A DNA stretch of 64,000 nucleotides, taken from positions 33,072 through 97,071 of the forward strand of contig JAFMIU010000005.1 of the NCBI GenBank assembly GCA_017853835.1, given 5' to 3'. Under the pieces are notes generated by a model. The model was not told the origin of the DNA and ran no database searches. It saw only the letters and a list, made by a program, of their open reading frames with translations. Positions 31,981 through 42,500 of the stretch are shown here, piece by piece; the stretch's first letter is position 1; the number at the start of each line of letters is the position of its first letter. The stretch is from Pirellulales bacterium. Its GTDB lineage: Bacteria; Planctomycetota; Planctomycetia; Pirellulales; UBA1268. The translations under genes were made by a program, and so were the position numbers.

Positions 31981-32879
31981 GGTGCGGGAGCGGCGCGGGC
32001 AAAGGCGCCGAGCGAGAGCCTTCGGCCGGAGGCATCGAGGCAGTCGAGCGTGCCGGAGGTGACAGGAGGTTCGAGCGCGACCCCGGCGGCGTCGAGTGAC
32101 GCCTTCAGTGTGTCCCGGAGGCGTGCGGGATGCCAGCCGGGCGAGTGGCACGAGAGCAGAAGCGGTCCCATGTTCGTCGGGTCGAGGATGGAGGCGATGT
32201 CGGCCAGGAGGGGGACCAGATCGCGGTCGATGGAAAACGCCTGTCCTTTGGGGCCATGGCCCCATGACGGGGGATCGAGCACGACGCCGGAGAATCGTCG
32301 TCCTCGTCGCCGGCATCGTTGGACGAAGGTGGCGGCGTCTTCACAGATCCATGAGACGGGAAGATGATCCATCAGTGATGTCGCTGCGTTGCGTCGTGCC
32401 ATCGCGATCGCCTGCCGTGATGCATCGACGTGGACCACCTGGGCACCGGCCGTGGCGGCCGCGAGGCTTGCCGCCCCCGAATGGCCAAAGAGTGACAACA
32501 CGGTCATGTCGGGTCGCGCGGCTTCCGCAAGCCAACGCCACTGTTCAATCTGTTCGATGAACACGCCGATCTGACCGGACGGTGCCGGGCGTGCCTCGAG
32601 AATGAGCGTGGCCCTGGGAAGAGGCACCTCGACCGGCCACGACTCCGGCACCCCGTCGGCCAGGGTCCAATGCCCTCCGCGATCCGATGGGCTGCCATGG
32701 AAAACGGCGGCCGTCTCACGCCACGTGGCGTCGGCTCGCCGTCGGTCCCGCGACTGCGGGAGTGGCCGGTCGACGAGCATGCCGCCGAGGAGTTCGAGCC
32801 GTCGGCCCGCACCTCGGGCATCCACGCCAAAATCGACGAGGCCAGGATCGCGGAACTTTGTGGGTGGTGGAGCGTTCAT
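31977..32879 (-). CDS. Class I SAM-dependent methyltransferase (RlmI/RlmK-like)
   Basis: GVFIEQ, LSLFGHSGAAS, VHVDAS, VVLDPPSWG. Confidence 0.85.
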   Translation of the reverse strand: MNAPPPTKFRDPGLVDFGVDARGAGRRLELLGGMLVDRPLPQSRDRRRADATWRETAAVFHGSPSDRGGHWTLADGVPESWPVEVPLPRATLILEARPAPSGQIGVFIEQIEQWRWLAEAARPDMTVLSLFGHSGAASLAAATAGAQVVHVDASRQAIAMARRNAATSLMDHLPVSWICEDAATFVQRCRRRGRRFSGVVLDPPSWGHGPKGQAFSIDRDLVPLLADIASILDPTNMGPLLLSCHSPGWHPARLRDTLKASLDAAGVALEPPVTSGTLDCLDASGRRLSLGAFARAAPAP

Positions 32880-32965
32880 ATCCAGTGACAGAATAGTCGT
32901 TTCGGAGACGCCCTTTGGCCAGTCTCCATGCCAGTTCGCTCCCCTCCCTCCAGGAGTCTTCTCTC

Positions 32966-33625
32966 ATGTCGTGCTCACGTTCCCCATTTCTCGCCGCCTG
33001 TCTGGCGGTGTGCGTGGTGTCGATGGCGTCGGTGGCCAGCCGTCCCGTGGCGGCGGATCAGATCGCACCGACCGTGTTTCAGCAGGCGATTCGCTCGTGG
33101 ATGAGCATCGTGTCGCTCGTCGCGGAGGATCGTGGCGACCGTGGTGACCGTGGTAACCGTGCCGAACGCGGCGAACGGCCGTCCGATGGGCCGCGCAGGC
33201 CGGGGCGTGGGCCCGGTTTTTCCCGTCCGCAGGAGCCCCAGCGGCCGTCCATGCGATCCGATCCCATGAGCCGGATGAACGACGTGATCGCGCGGCTCGA
33301 ACGGATCGAACGGAAACTTGATGCGGCCCCGAGGGCCATGGCCATGGCGGGGTCGATGCACCGCGAAGGATCGTCCGATCCAAACCGTGGGCCCGCCATG
33401 CGGGGCGGCTTGATGTGGATGAGTGATCGCCCCGATATGCCGCCGGAAATGCGTGAGCAGATGCGACGCATGATGGCCCAGGGCCGCCAGCAGGCCGAGG
33501 CCGGTGGCGAGCGGGCGGATCAGGTTCGTGACGTCCTTCAGGCGGCCCGTAAGCGGTTTGCCGAGATGGAAGCACGGATCAAGAAACTCGAGGCGGAGAT
33601 CGAACGGCTGAAGGCCGATCGGTGA
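32966..33625 (+). CDS. Exported low-complexity/coiled-coil hypothetical protein
   Basis: CAGGAG RBS, signal peptide, DRG repeats, Met-rich region, C-terminal coiled coil. Confidence 0.65.
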   Translation: MSCSRSPFLAACLAVCVVSMASVASRPVAADQIAPTVFQQAIRSWMSIVSLVAEDRGDRGDRGNRAERGERPSDGPRRPGRGPGFSRPQEPQRPSMRSDPMSRMNDVIARLERIERKLDAAPRAMAMAGSMHREGSSDPNRGPAMRGGLMWMSDRPDMPPEMREQMRRMMAQGRQQAEAGGERADQVRDVLQAARKRFAEMEARIKKLEAEIERLKADR

Positions 33626-33676
33626 GTCTCGTGTCCGTACCATGCGGGCGACCACGGTCGCCCGCATGGTCGCGGC

Positions 33677-35986
33677 TCATTTCGTGCGTCGCTTCGCAGG
33701 GGGCTTGGCCGAAGGCTTCTTGCCACTCCGTCGTGCGGCGACAGGCTTGGCGGCACGCGCCGCCTTGGGCGACGAGGCCTTGGCCGCCGCCCCCCGCCGG
33801 GCTCGTTTGGTGGTTGTGGAATCCTCGACGGTCGATTCGTCGGCATCCCCCTCCACCGTCCGAATGCCCTTCGATCGCTTGGCGTGTGCGGCGGACTTCT
33901 GCTTCGTTTCGCCGCTCGTCGGCATCGCCTGCGGCACGATGATGCAGTTGTCGCCGAGTTCGAGTTCCTCCTCATCCTGAATCGGACGCCCGCGATCGTC
34001 GAGCTTCACGTCGGCTTCGGCTGTCTTCTTCTTGGCGACGGCGAGCAGCTGCTCGTAGAGCTTCCCTCGATCCACGCCGTTGATCTGAGCCACCGCCGTG
34101 GCGACCTCACCGAGGTAGCGGAGGAAGATGCTTCGGCGTTGCCCCTCCTGCGCCACGCGGAGACGTCGGCGCAGATACATGCCGAGTTTGCGTCCGACCG
34201 CCTGCAGGGCGAGGCGAATCTCCTTCTGGATCTCGGGATAGGATGCGATCGCCTCCTTCGACTCGCTCGTGAAGGGCACCCACACGCTCGCGACGTGCAC
34301 CATGGCGGTGACCGGGCCGCTGGGGAGTCCACCCCGCGACTGCGAGAGGCCATACGACCGCCAGTTGGTCGAGGTGATCGTCTGCGTCACGGCGCATGCC
34401 GCCGGTTGAAACTGAAGCGGCACGCGGTTGGCATACCGCAGGACCGACATGCTCGATCCCTCGTCGACACTCACATCCTGCATCGCCGCATAGAGCGCGT
34501 CGAGCTGCTGCTTCTTGAGCTTGGACGGACTCTGGCGGGGGGCCAGTTGGGCTTCAGCGATGATCTTGTCGGCCGATTCGCTTCCCATGCCGGTGAACGT
34601 GGTGGATAGGAACTGCCGAAGGCTTCGCGAGTCGCTCTCGGCGGCGAGTTCGCCGAGGCCTTCGCGGCTGATCTTCTGGGCGGCGACGCCGCCACCATAG
34701 GCCAGGGCGGCTTCGATGACGAACGGATTGCCCCGATAGACGGATGGCGGACGGGTGGCCGCGGTGAAGAACTCGCCGGGAACCACCTGACGCAGGCCTG
34801 CCAGAAGCCGCTGTTCGCCAATGGGGACGATGCAGTCGGTTGCCGGAGGGGGAATTTTGCTGTCTTGAATCGCCTTGAAGAGCGCGTCGGCCTCGCCGCG
34901 ACCGAGCTTGCCGGCGGTCACCCGGGTCGAGAGCTTGGCGGCATCGCAGATCTTCTTGGCCGTTCCATGCGACACCCGCGAGAACGACTGCGTCAGAAAC
35001 TGCGCGAGGGTGATCTTGGGATATTCCTGCAGCATCGTCACCAGCCTGCCGAGCTCGACGCCATAGGGATGGGGCTTGATCTCCTTGGGTTCAGGGGGCA
35101 GGTCGTCAGTGGATCGTTCGAGGATTCGCTCCGGGCCGTCGGGTCCCTGAAAATGAATTCGGGCATGCGGGTTGGCGATCGCCGTCTGCTCGAGATATTC
35201 CTCCACGCTGCCTCGGCCCCGTTGGAACTTCGCCTCCATCTCGATCGTGACACGGGTGCCGTGGTTGATCGGCTCGCCAAGGTCGTTGTCGGCGACCCAC
35301 TCGATGGAGTGTTTCTTCATCAGCTCGGCACCGCCCTTGCCGGCGGGGATGTCAACCCCTTCTCCCTTGCCGTTGAGGATTTCCGGCTGGTTGGTCTTGG
35401 TGTCGATGCGGAGTTCGTAATAGTGGGCAGGATGCTTGGCGTCGATCTTGGAGATGATCTTGACCGGCTTGCCGGTGGTGAGCACTCCATACATGCCGGC
35501 GGCTGAAATGCCGATGCCCTGCTGGCCTCGGCTCATGCGAAGACGATGAAACTTCGATCCGTAGAGGAGCTTGCCGAAGATGAGGGGGATCTGCTTTCGA
35601 ACGATGCCCGGTCCGTTGTCCTGAACCCCCATGCGGTAGCGGGTGCCGGCGTCACCCACCTGTTCGATGTGGACCCAGATCTCGGGAAGGATGCCGGCCT
35701 CCTCGCAGGCATCGAGGGAGTTGTCGACCGCCTCCTTCACACTCGTCAGCAGGGCCTTGCGGGGGGAATCGAAGCCGAGGAGATGGCGGTTTTTGGCAAA
35801 AAACTCGCTCACGGAGATGTCCCGCTGGCCGGCGGCGAGCGACTGGGCCGTCGCCCTCCGCTTGGCCGGGGCCTTGGGAGCGGCGACATGGCCGTTCGAC
35901 TCATGGGCGCCGTCCACGTCGGGTACCGCCGATTCGGGAGGCGTGGAGCGAGTCTTGGGAGCCGGTCGTTTTGCAGTCTTCGCCAT
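33677..35986 (-). CDS. top6B: DNA topoisomerase VI subunit B
   Basis: ISVSEFFAKN, KEAVDNSLDA, DNGPGI, LYGSKFH, SRGQQGIGISAA, KPHPYG, RYANRVPL, VPFTSESKEAIA. Confidence 0.93.
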   Translation of the reverse strand: MAKTAKRPAPKTRSTPPESAVPDVDGAHESNGHVAAPKAPAKRRATAQSLAAGQRDISVSEFFAKNRHLLGFDSPRKALLTSVKEAVDNSLDACEEAGILPEIWVHIEQVGDAGTRYRMGVQDNGPGIVRKQIPLIFGKLLYGSKFHRLRMSRGQQGIGISAAGMYGVLTTGKPVKIISKIDAKHPAHYYELRIDTKTNQPEILNGKGEGVDIPAGKGGAELMKKHSIEWVADNDLGEPINHGTRVTIEMEAKFQRGRGSVEEYLEQTAIANPHARIHFQGPDGPERILERSTDDLPPEPKEIKPHPYGVELGRLVTMLQEYPKITLAQFLTQSFSRVSHGTAKKICDAAKLSTRVTAGKLGRGEADALFKAIQDSKIPPPATDCIVPIGEQRLLAGLRQVVPGEFFTAATRPPSVYRGNPFVIEAALAYGGGVAAQKISREGLGELAAESDSRSLRQFLSTTFTGMGSESADKIIAEAQLAPRQSPSKLKKQQLDALYAAMQDVSVDEGSSMSVLRYANRVPLQFQPAACAVTQTITSTNWRSYGLSQSRGGLPSGPVTAMVHVASVWVPFTSESKEAIASYPEIQKEIRLALQAVGRKLGMYLRRRLRVAQEGQRRSIFLRYLGEVATAVAQINGVDRGKLYEQLLAVAKKKTAEADVKLDDRGRPIQDEEELELGDNCIIVPQAMPTSGETKQKSAAHAKRSKGIRTVEGDADESTVEDSTTTKRARRGAAAKASSPKAARAAKPVAARRSGKKPSAKPPAKRRTK

Positions 35987-36223
35987 GGGTGTGTCCGTGG
36001 GTGTTTCCACTGAGACTGTGACCCCGGGCGGCAGGCTTGGCAAGTGGGGCGGACTTTGCGGGTTGTGAGGCCGTCGGCCGGGGCTGCCGGTGGAAGGTTT
36101 TCCCGTCAGGGGGAACAGGCATACGCGGCATGCGCGGAGTGATGGGCAGGACAGGTTCCTGTCGAAGTTTTCGGTGCCGGGCGGAGCCCGGTGTCGGTTG
36201 GCTTTGACCAGGAGGGTCTTGTG

Positions 36224-36565
36224 ATGCCACGCGTTCGAACGACGTGCCTGCTCCTCGCGATGCTCGGGGTCGGGGTTCTCGCCTCGACGGCCGCCGTGGC
36301 GATCCCGATCGACGGAGGCGTGGAAGGTCCCACGCCCGACGTCTTCTACAACTTCTACGTGCCGCCGGTTCCGGCCGGGGCAGCCCCCGGGCTGGGAGCC
36401 CAGCTCTACGTGTCGCCGAGGCCAGTGCCGCCGCGCGTGGGTCACACGTGGATCACCTATCCGCCCTTCATGCCTCACGAGTTTCTCTACAAGCATCGTC
36501 GTCGCTACATCCGTCCTGCCGGTGTCACGGGGATGCGAACCGACGTGCGGGCCTATTGGTACTGA
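36224..36565 (+). CDS. Small secreted hypothetical protein
   Basis: AGGAGG RBS; signal peptide; FYNFYV...AQLYVSPRPVP..VGHTWITYPPFMPHEFLYKH. Confidence 0.75.
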   Translation: MPRVRTTCLLLAMLGVGVLASTAAVAIPIDGGVEGPTPDVFYNFYVPPVPAGAAPGLGAQLYVSPRPVPPRVGHTWITYPPFMPHEFLYKHRRRYIRPAGVTGMRTDVRAYWY

Positions 36566-37170
36566 TGTCTCGGAGTCACGCCATCATGGAACGACGTCGC
36601 GTTTTCCCGTTTCTGGTCTTCGGCCTCGTGGCGTCAACGGCGGCCATGGGCTGCTTCGTCAACGCCGGTGACCACTCTGGCCGCGCGTCGAGCTGCGCTG
36701 GAGGCGTGTGCGCCGCCGGACCGTGTGGGTCGGGTCACTGTGGTTCGTGCGGGCATCGCGGCTGCGGAAACGGGTGTGGAGCTTGCGGTGCCCAGTGTGG
36801 TCGCGGTGCCCAGTGCTGCCCGCACTGCTGCGGGCATGGTTGCGGCCATTGCGGTCCGGGCGCGTGCAAATACGACACGTGGGAGAAGCGGTACTTCCTC
36901 CGCAGCCGCGGCAAGAGCTGGCACAGCACCTGGTACGATCCGGCCGAGGGCCGTCCCATCGCCCTCGTCGTTCCCCCCACGGCCGAGTTCATGACGCAGT
37001 ATTCGTGGGGCGTGCCAAGTTCACGCGTGGCTCCGATCTATCACCAGTTTCGTCGGCCCTATCCCGGCGCGGGTGCCGTGTCGGGTAGCGGCGGTGGATT
37101 CCTCCCCACCCCCAATCAGCCAAGCGACACCGTGCAGTTCGGCGTCAACGCCGTCCGCGGCCCCTGGTGA
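36565..37170 (+). CDS. Secreted Cys/Gly-rich hypothetical protein
   Basis: TGATG overlap with the previous gene; hydrophobic leader, 17 Cys in CGxCG-type repeats, C-terminal PIALVVPP...WGV...QFGVNAVRGPW. Confidence 0.75.
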   Translation: MSRSHAIMERRRVFPFLVFGLVASTAAMGCFVNAGDHSGRASSCAGGVCAAGPCGSGHCGSCGHRGCGNGCGACGAQCGRGAQCCPHCCGHGCGHCGPGACKYDTWEKRYFLRSRGKSWHSTWYDPAEGRPIALVVPPTAEFMTQYSWGVPSSRVAPIYHQFRRPYPGAGAVSGSGGGFLPTPNQPSDTVQFGVNAVRGPW

Positions 37171-37197
37171 CCTTCGGGACCGTGTGATCGCGTCTCG

Positions 37198-38253
37198 TCA
37201 CCGCGACTCGTCGAGTCGGGCCCGTGCGAGCGTGGCCCACGGGCTTTCCGGAGCGAGGTCGAGAAATCGCTGCAGGTGGTGGTCGGCATCGGCCGCCTGG
37301 CCGATCTCGCGGAGCACTCCGGCGATGTGCCAATGGGCGTCGGCATAGCCAGGCTCCTGCCGAAGCACGCCCTGCAGCGCGGCCAGGGCGAGTTCGTGCT
37401 CGCCCAGTTCCGCAAGCACACACCCGAGGCTGTCCCTGGCCTGGAGGTGGTCGGGGTCGAGTTCGATGACGGCATAGTACCGCTCCCGTGCCGCCGTCAG
37501 GTCACCGGCGCGGTAGAGGAGCTCGGCCAGCATGAACATCACCCGGGGCGAGGGGCCCTGGGCCTGAAGCACCGCCCGGAGCGCTTCGGCGGCTTCGGAG
37601 AACTCTCCGGCCGCCTCCAGGTCGTCGGCCAGATCGAGGATTTCGGCGGCATCCGATCCGGGTGGCGGAAGGCTCGTGTCCTCGGAAAGGGAAGATCGTG
37701 CGGATGTCGAAAGGGATGGCGCGAGTTCCACCGTGGCGGGCATGTCGTTGTCGTTGTCGGTCGACAGCGCGGCGGCGTAGAAGCCCAGCTGGAGCTGTCG
37801 CCCGGCAGCCAGCATGCGCCCCCCGTCATCGAGGCTGAGTCGTCGGCCGTCGATGCGAACCCGTGCCGCTGCCTCCGCAGCAGCCCGGCCGCCTTCAGGC
37901 ACCAGCGCGCCGAGTTTGGCGTCGATGTCCCGCAGCGAGAATCCTCGGCCGAGGAGTCGAGCGAGATGGCGGGCGGCGACGAGCTGGGGAAAGTCAAACC
38001 ACTCCACCGATCCGGCCGTACGAGCAGGTTCCAAGAGTCCGCCTCGGGTCCAGTGCCGGATCGCCGCGGGGGGAACGTCGAGCACCGCAGCCATCAGTGC
38101 CGAGGAATAGAGTCGGCAGACGCCCGGGTGATCGGCCGGATCGTCGTCGGACCAGAGCGGCCGCTCACCTCGTCGGACGCTGCGCGACGGGCGGCCCGCC
38201 CCGGGCGCCTGCCCGGGGGCGTGTGACTGGTCGTCCGTGACCTCCGGAGGCAT
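37198..38253 (-). CDS. MerR-type HTH + TPR repeat protein
   Basis: AAVLDVPPAAIRHWTRGGLLEP MerR-like HTH; C-terminal TPRs (LAELLYRAGD, LGCVLAELGE, YADAHWH). Confidence 0.8.
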   Translation of the reverse strand: MPPEVTDDQSHAPGQAPGAGRPSRSVRRGERPLWSDDDPADHPGVCRLYSSALMAAVLDVPPAAIRHWTRGGLLEPARTAGSVEWFDFPQLVAARHLARLLGRGFSLRDIDAKLGALVPEGGRAAAEAAARVRIDGRRLSLDDGGRMLAAGRQLQLGFYAAALSTDNDNDMPATVELAPSLSTSARSSLSEDTSLPPPGSDAAEILDLADDLEAAGEFSEAAEALRAVLQAQGPSPRVMFMLAELLYRAGDLTAARERYYAVIELDPDHLQARDSLGCVLAELGEHELALAALQGVLRQEPGYADAHWHIAGVLREIGQAADADHHLQRFLDLAPESPWATLARARLDESR

Positions 38254-38358
38254 GCGCGAACCCTGTAAGGATCGCGGGAATGTACCCCGACCCAGGGTCG
38301 CTGCCAATCGGCACGGTCCCGGCACCGAGTGCGGGGGCAGGCGGGAGCGAGAGCCCTC

Positions 38359-39534
38359 TCAGGGATCGTTCCGCTCGGGGCCGAGAAGGCGTGACACGTC
38401 GAGGGCGTCGATGGTTTCAATCGCCTTTCCGGCGATTCCCTGGAGGTCGCCGTACATGCCGGCGGTCGCGGACAGCACCGACTGGATCTGCATTTCCCGC
38501 CGAGCCCAGAGCTTCGTCATCGTGGCCCGCTCTTTGGTGAGATCCGACTGCATTTCCTCGAACTTCTCGATGATCGCGGTGACCCGCTGACGAAAGCGGG
38601 GGCCCGTCAGGTAGTGGTAGACCATCTCCATCTTCGATTGCTGTCCTTCACCTGCCTGACGCGCCAGGGAAAGCTCCAGCAGGGTGTGCCGAAGGGCGAC
38701 GGCGAGGGGGAGGAACGTGCGGGTGCTGGTCACCCACACCCCATCGACATGGCCGAAGGTTTCGATCCCCTTTGGCAAGGCCTGCGTGACGATGACGGCA
38801 AGATCGGCCTTGGCTGCCCGCTGATCGTCGCGGAGTTTCACGAGCCAGCCATCGCTCCAGTTTTTCGTGCGCTTCGATTCCCAGAGGATGGTGCCACACA
38901 CGGCACCCTCGCCGCGTGCCACCACATGCACCACATCGCCACCAAACTCCCCCTTGGCCACGGGCGTGAAGACATCGGTCGGGAACGACTGCTTGAGCAT
39001 GGCCTCGAGTTCGAGCTCGAGGACCTCCCCCTGGAGTTGCTGGGATCCCTGCTCGGCCCGACGCTTCAGGTCCTCGATTTGCCGTTGCATCGCGGAGATG
39101 GTCTGTTCCTTCTCCGACATCTTCATGCGAAGGCCCTCCTCCGCATCCTTGCGGGCTTGTTCACGGGCACTGGCGAGGGATTCCTGCACCCGCTTCTCGA
39201 CGGAAAGGTCGAGTTCCCGCTTGGCGTCGTCGAGTTCCCGCTGCTTTCGGATCGCGTCGGCCTGTGCCTTCTGCGCTTCGGCCAGTTTGGCATCGCGATC
39301 CTTGAGCACCGCGTTGAGATCGGCAAGATCCTTGGCCTTCTGCTCCATCTCCGCGGAAAGGGCGAGCCGCGCCTTTCTCGACTCCGCCGCCGCGATATCG
39401 GTGCGCTCCTTTTGAAGCTGTGCCTCGTATTGGGCGCGGGTGGCCTCCACCAGCGGCGCGGCAAGCGACTCGGTGAGCCGGATGTCAGCCTTGCAGTGGG
39501 GGCAGGTGATCGTGGGTTCGGTGCGAGTGCTCAT
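38359..39534 (-). CDS. DUF2130-family protein (CxxC, coiled coil, PD-(D/E)xK-like domain)
   Basis: ITCPHC..I.LTESL, long coiled coil, GSQQLQGEVLELELE, GGDVV, WESKRTKNWSDGW. Confidence 0.85.
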   Translation of the reverse strand: MSTRTEPTITCPHCKADIRLTESLAAPLVEATRAQYEAQLQKERTDIAAAESRKARLALSAEMEQKAKDLADLNAVLKDRDAKLAEAQKAQADAIRKQRELDDAKRELDLSVEKRVQESLASAREQARKDAEEGLRMKMSEKEQTISAMQRQIEDLKRRAEQGSQQLQGEVLELELEAMLKQSFPTDVFTPVAKGEFGGDVVHVVARGEGAVCGTILWESKRTKNWSDGWLVKLRDDQRAAKADLAVIVTQALPKGIETFGHVDGVWVTSTRTFLPLAVALRHTLLELSLARQAGEGQQSKMEMVYHYLTGPRFRQRVTAIIEKFEEMQSDLTKERATMTKLWARREMQIQSVLSATAGMYGDLQGIAGKAIETIDALDVSRLLGPERNDP

Positions 39535-42500
39535 GGCGACGATTTCGGAGAAGGAGCCGGAGTGGATGATGGGCCGGGGGAAGGGTCTTGCGGGGCGACG
39601 AGTCGCCAGCATTCGGCATAGAGTTCGACCTGGGGTCGATAATGTGCGTCGAGCATCGCCTCGCTGCCGCTGGCGACGGAGTCTGTTTTCCAGTCGACGA
39701 CAGTCCATGATCCATCGACCGGATCGGCAAAGACGAGATCGATGACGCCGCGGATCACGGTGGGAAGCGGCTGCTCGGCAGCCGTGACGGATCGAACCGA
39801 CACGGGCAGATCTTCGCCACGAACCTGCAGGGAGAACGGAACCTCGACGAAGCGGGCGCCGCTGGCGAGGGCGCGTGCCCACAGGTCGCTGGCAAGCACG
39901 TCGCGGACGGTGGTGATGGCGCGATCAAGATGGGCCTCTGAAATCTCTTCACCGGACAGGGCCGTCGCGGCTGCGGCGGCGACGTCGAAGGCGGCACCTC
40001 GGCTCGCAAGCTCCAGGATGCGATGAATGGCCCGCCCCCAGGCCTCGCCGAGGCCGTCGCCGGTGAAACGAATCGCCTCGGCGGGCTCGGTGAGCAGGTC
40101 GCGAGGCGAGATGCGGGCAAAAGTCGGCTCGTGAATCGACGCCACACGGCTCGAAAGACGTCCGGCAGGGGAGGCCGGGTGCGGCGCGGCAACCGGCGCC
40201 GACGCCGCTGGGGAGCCGCTGGCCGCCGTCGGCAGATCGGGCACGGACGCAAGCCCGCCGACAAAGCGTTCCCATGCTCCCTCGCCCACGAACGATTCGG
40301 GTCGGCTCTTCGTGGCGGGGTGGTGCCTTTCAAAAAGTGACACCACGAGGCAGGTTCCTGGACGGGTCGCGGCGACGTAGTCGAGACGGATCTGCTCAGC
40401 CGCCTCGAAGGCTCGCTCAGCCCGCGCGTGGGTCTCCCAGTCGTCCGCGGCCGCGATGATGCTGGAGGACCATCCGGCCGACGTGGTCACGGCCAGATAA
40501 CCGACCGTCTGGTCGTGCAGTCGATTGATGCGAAGAAAGGGGCCGGATTCGACATCGTCGCTCACCCGACGCTTCTGGTAATCGACGAGAAAGACCACCG
40601 GGGCCTCGAGGCCCTTCGCCTTGTGGAGATTCATGATCCGAATGCGGTCGTTCGACGGAACGTCGATCGTGAGCGGATCGAACTCCGCACGAGCCTCATC
40701 GCCGACCATGTCGTCGAGGAGGTCGAGGCAGTCGTGCACCGATACCACGTCCATCCGGTCGGATCGAAGCTGCTCGAGAAACTTCAGGATCAGGCCGGCG
40801 ACGGCGCGACCGCGTGGCCCTGCTTCGCCGTTGGCGAGTGACGCCAGGAGGAAGAGACCTGCGTCGTCGACGATCCGTTCCACCGTGGCGGCGATCGGCA
40901 GATTGCGGAGCCAGGTCCGCCATCGGGCAAAGGCGTTTCGGGCGCCGGTGAGCCTCGCACGTAGCGGCTCGGGGAGAGAGGCCGGAACGTCGATCACTCC
41001 CGTAAAGCGGCCCCCCGCCGCGTGATACTCGTAGAGGTCCGCGTCGCTGAAGCCAAACACCGCGCCACGGAGCAGCGCGAGGATCGCGACGGGATCGTCC
41101 GGATCGGCAACGGCGGCGAGGCACGTTCGGAGGTCACGGAGCGGCTCAGCCTGATCGGTGCCGAGCGTGCCCGTGACATCGACGGGCAATCCTGCCGCGT
41201 GGAGGGCTGCGGCATAGAGCCCAAGGTGTTTTCGCTCGCGAGCCACGAGCATGAAGTCGCCGGGACGGCAGGCCGTGGTGATACCCTTCGCGATCTCGTC
41301 GGGTGTGCGTGGCACCGCCATGCCGGTGTCGATGGCGTGGCGGATGAAGGAGGCGATGGCGTGGCCTTCCGCCTCGGCCCAGTGATCGCCCGCCGAGCCG
41401 TTCCGCACGAAGCGGAGGGCGCGAACGCCGGTGAGCCATTGCCGCTCCTGTCCTGACGGCGGGGCTTCCCGCCGGCCGGAGGTGCTCGGCGTAAATGAGG
41501 GCGATTCGGCCGTCGTGGAGGGAGGAAACTGGTCACCAAACACGTCGTTGGTCCAGGTCACGAGGTCGTGGCGACTCCGGAAGTTGGTCGTGAGGGCGAG
41601 CACCGTTCCATGCTGTTCGATGGTGTTCCGCACGGTGTTGTAGGTGACGATGTCCGCACGCCGGAAGCGATACAGGGACTGCTTGGGATCACCCACCACG
41701 AAGAGCGAGCCGGGCACCGGCTGGCAGTGTCGCCAGTTGGTCTGCGTTGGATCGGTGGCCGTGAGCAGGAGGAGCATTTCGGCCTGGATGGGATCGGTGT
41801 CTTGAAACTCATCGACGAGAATATGGGTGTAGCGGGCACGAAAGCTCCGACGCACCTCCGGATGCGTGGCGAGGAGCTTCGCCGAGGTGCCGAGGAGATC
41901 CTGGAAGGAGAGCACGCCTCGGGAGGCGCGGAGACGATCGTAGGTGGCGAGGGCGGCCCTCAGGGCCGCGATGGCGGCAGGGTAGCGATGGGCCCGCCAT
42001 TGCCAGAGGGCCGGCAGCGCAACGGAATCGCGGAGTCGTGTCCACGCATCGTTCCAATGCCGTGCACGCTCCTTGCCGGAGAGCGCCGGCTCCGCCGGGG
42101 TGCCTTCGGTGCCCTGCCAGTATGACTGGACCGCCTTCGGCGAACGGTCGAGTTCCTTGACGAGATCCATGACCGCAACGATCGATGACGTGTCGCAGCG
42201 GCGGGCCAGGCGGGCAAACTGCTCGAGTGCGTTCATGAGCGGATCGGAGCCACGATCGGCCGGCGGAGAAAACGTCTCGGCCTCGATGGCGGTGACAAAT
42301 GCCTCGATGGGGCCGAGAAGAGCCGCGATGTCGGGGGCAGGCGTCGCACTGACCGGCCACGATTCCACGTCGCCGTAGGTGGCGAAGCGGTCGATGAAGA
42401 GGTCGGACAGGTCGCCGAGTCGCAGGCCCACCGACTGGAGGTCGGCGAGCAGGTGGGGATGGTCGGTCGGCGCCATCGTCACGAACGCACGCCATGCCTG

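Noticed and set aside
33131-33178. 9-bp tandem repeats encoding DRGDRGDRG (contains RGD)
   Set aside because: Short low-complexity coding repeat; no support for integrin-binding or phase-variation roles.
35987-36496. Long N-terminal extensions given by the ORF track (top6B; also mlaE, lipA, DUF2130, trmH)
   Set aside because: They overlap neighbouring genes and precede the conserved N-termini; starts were trimmed.
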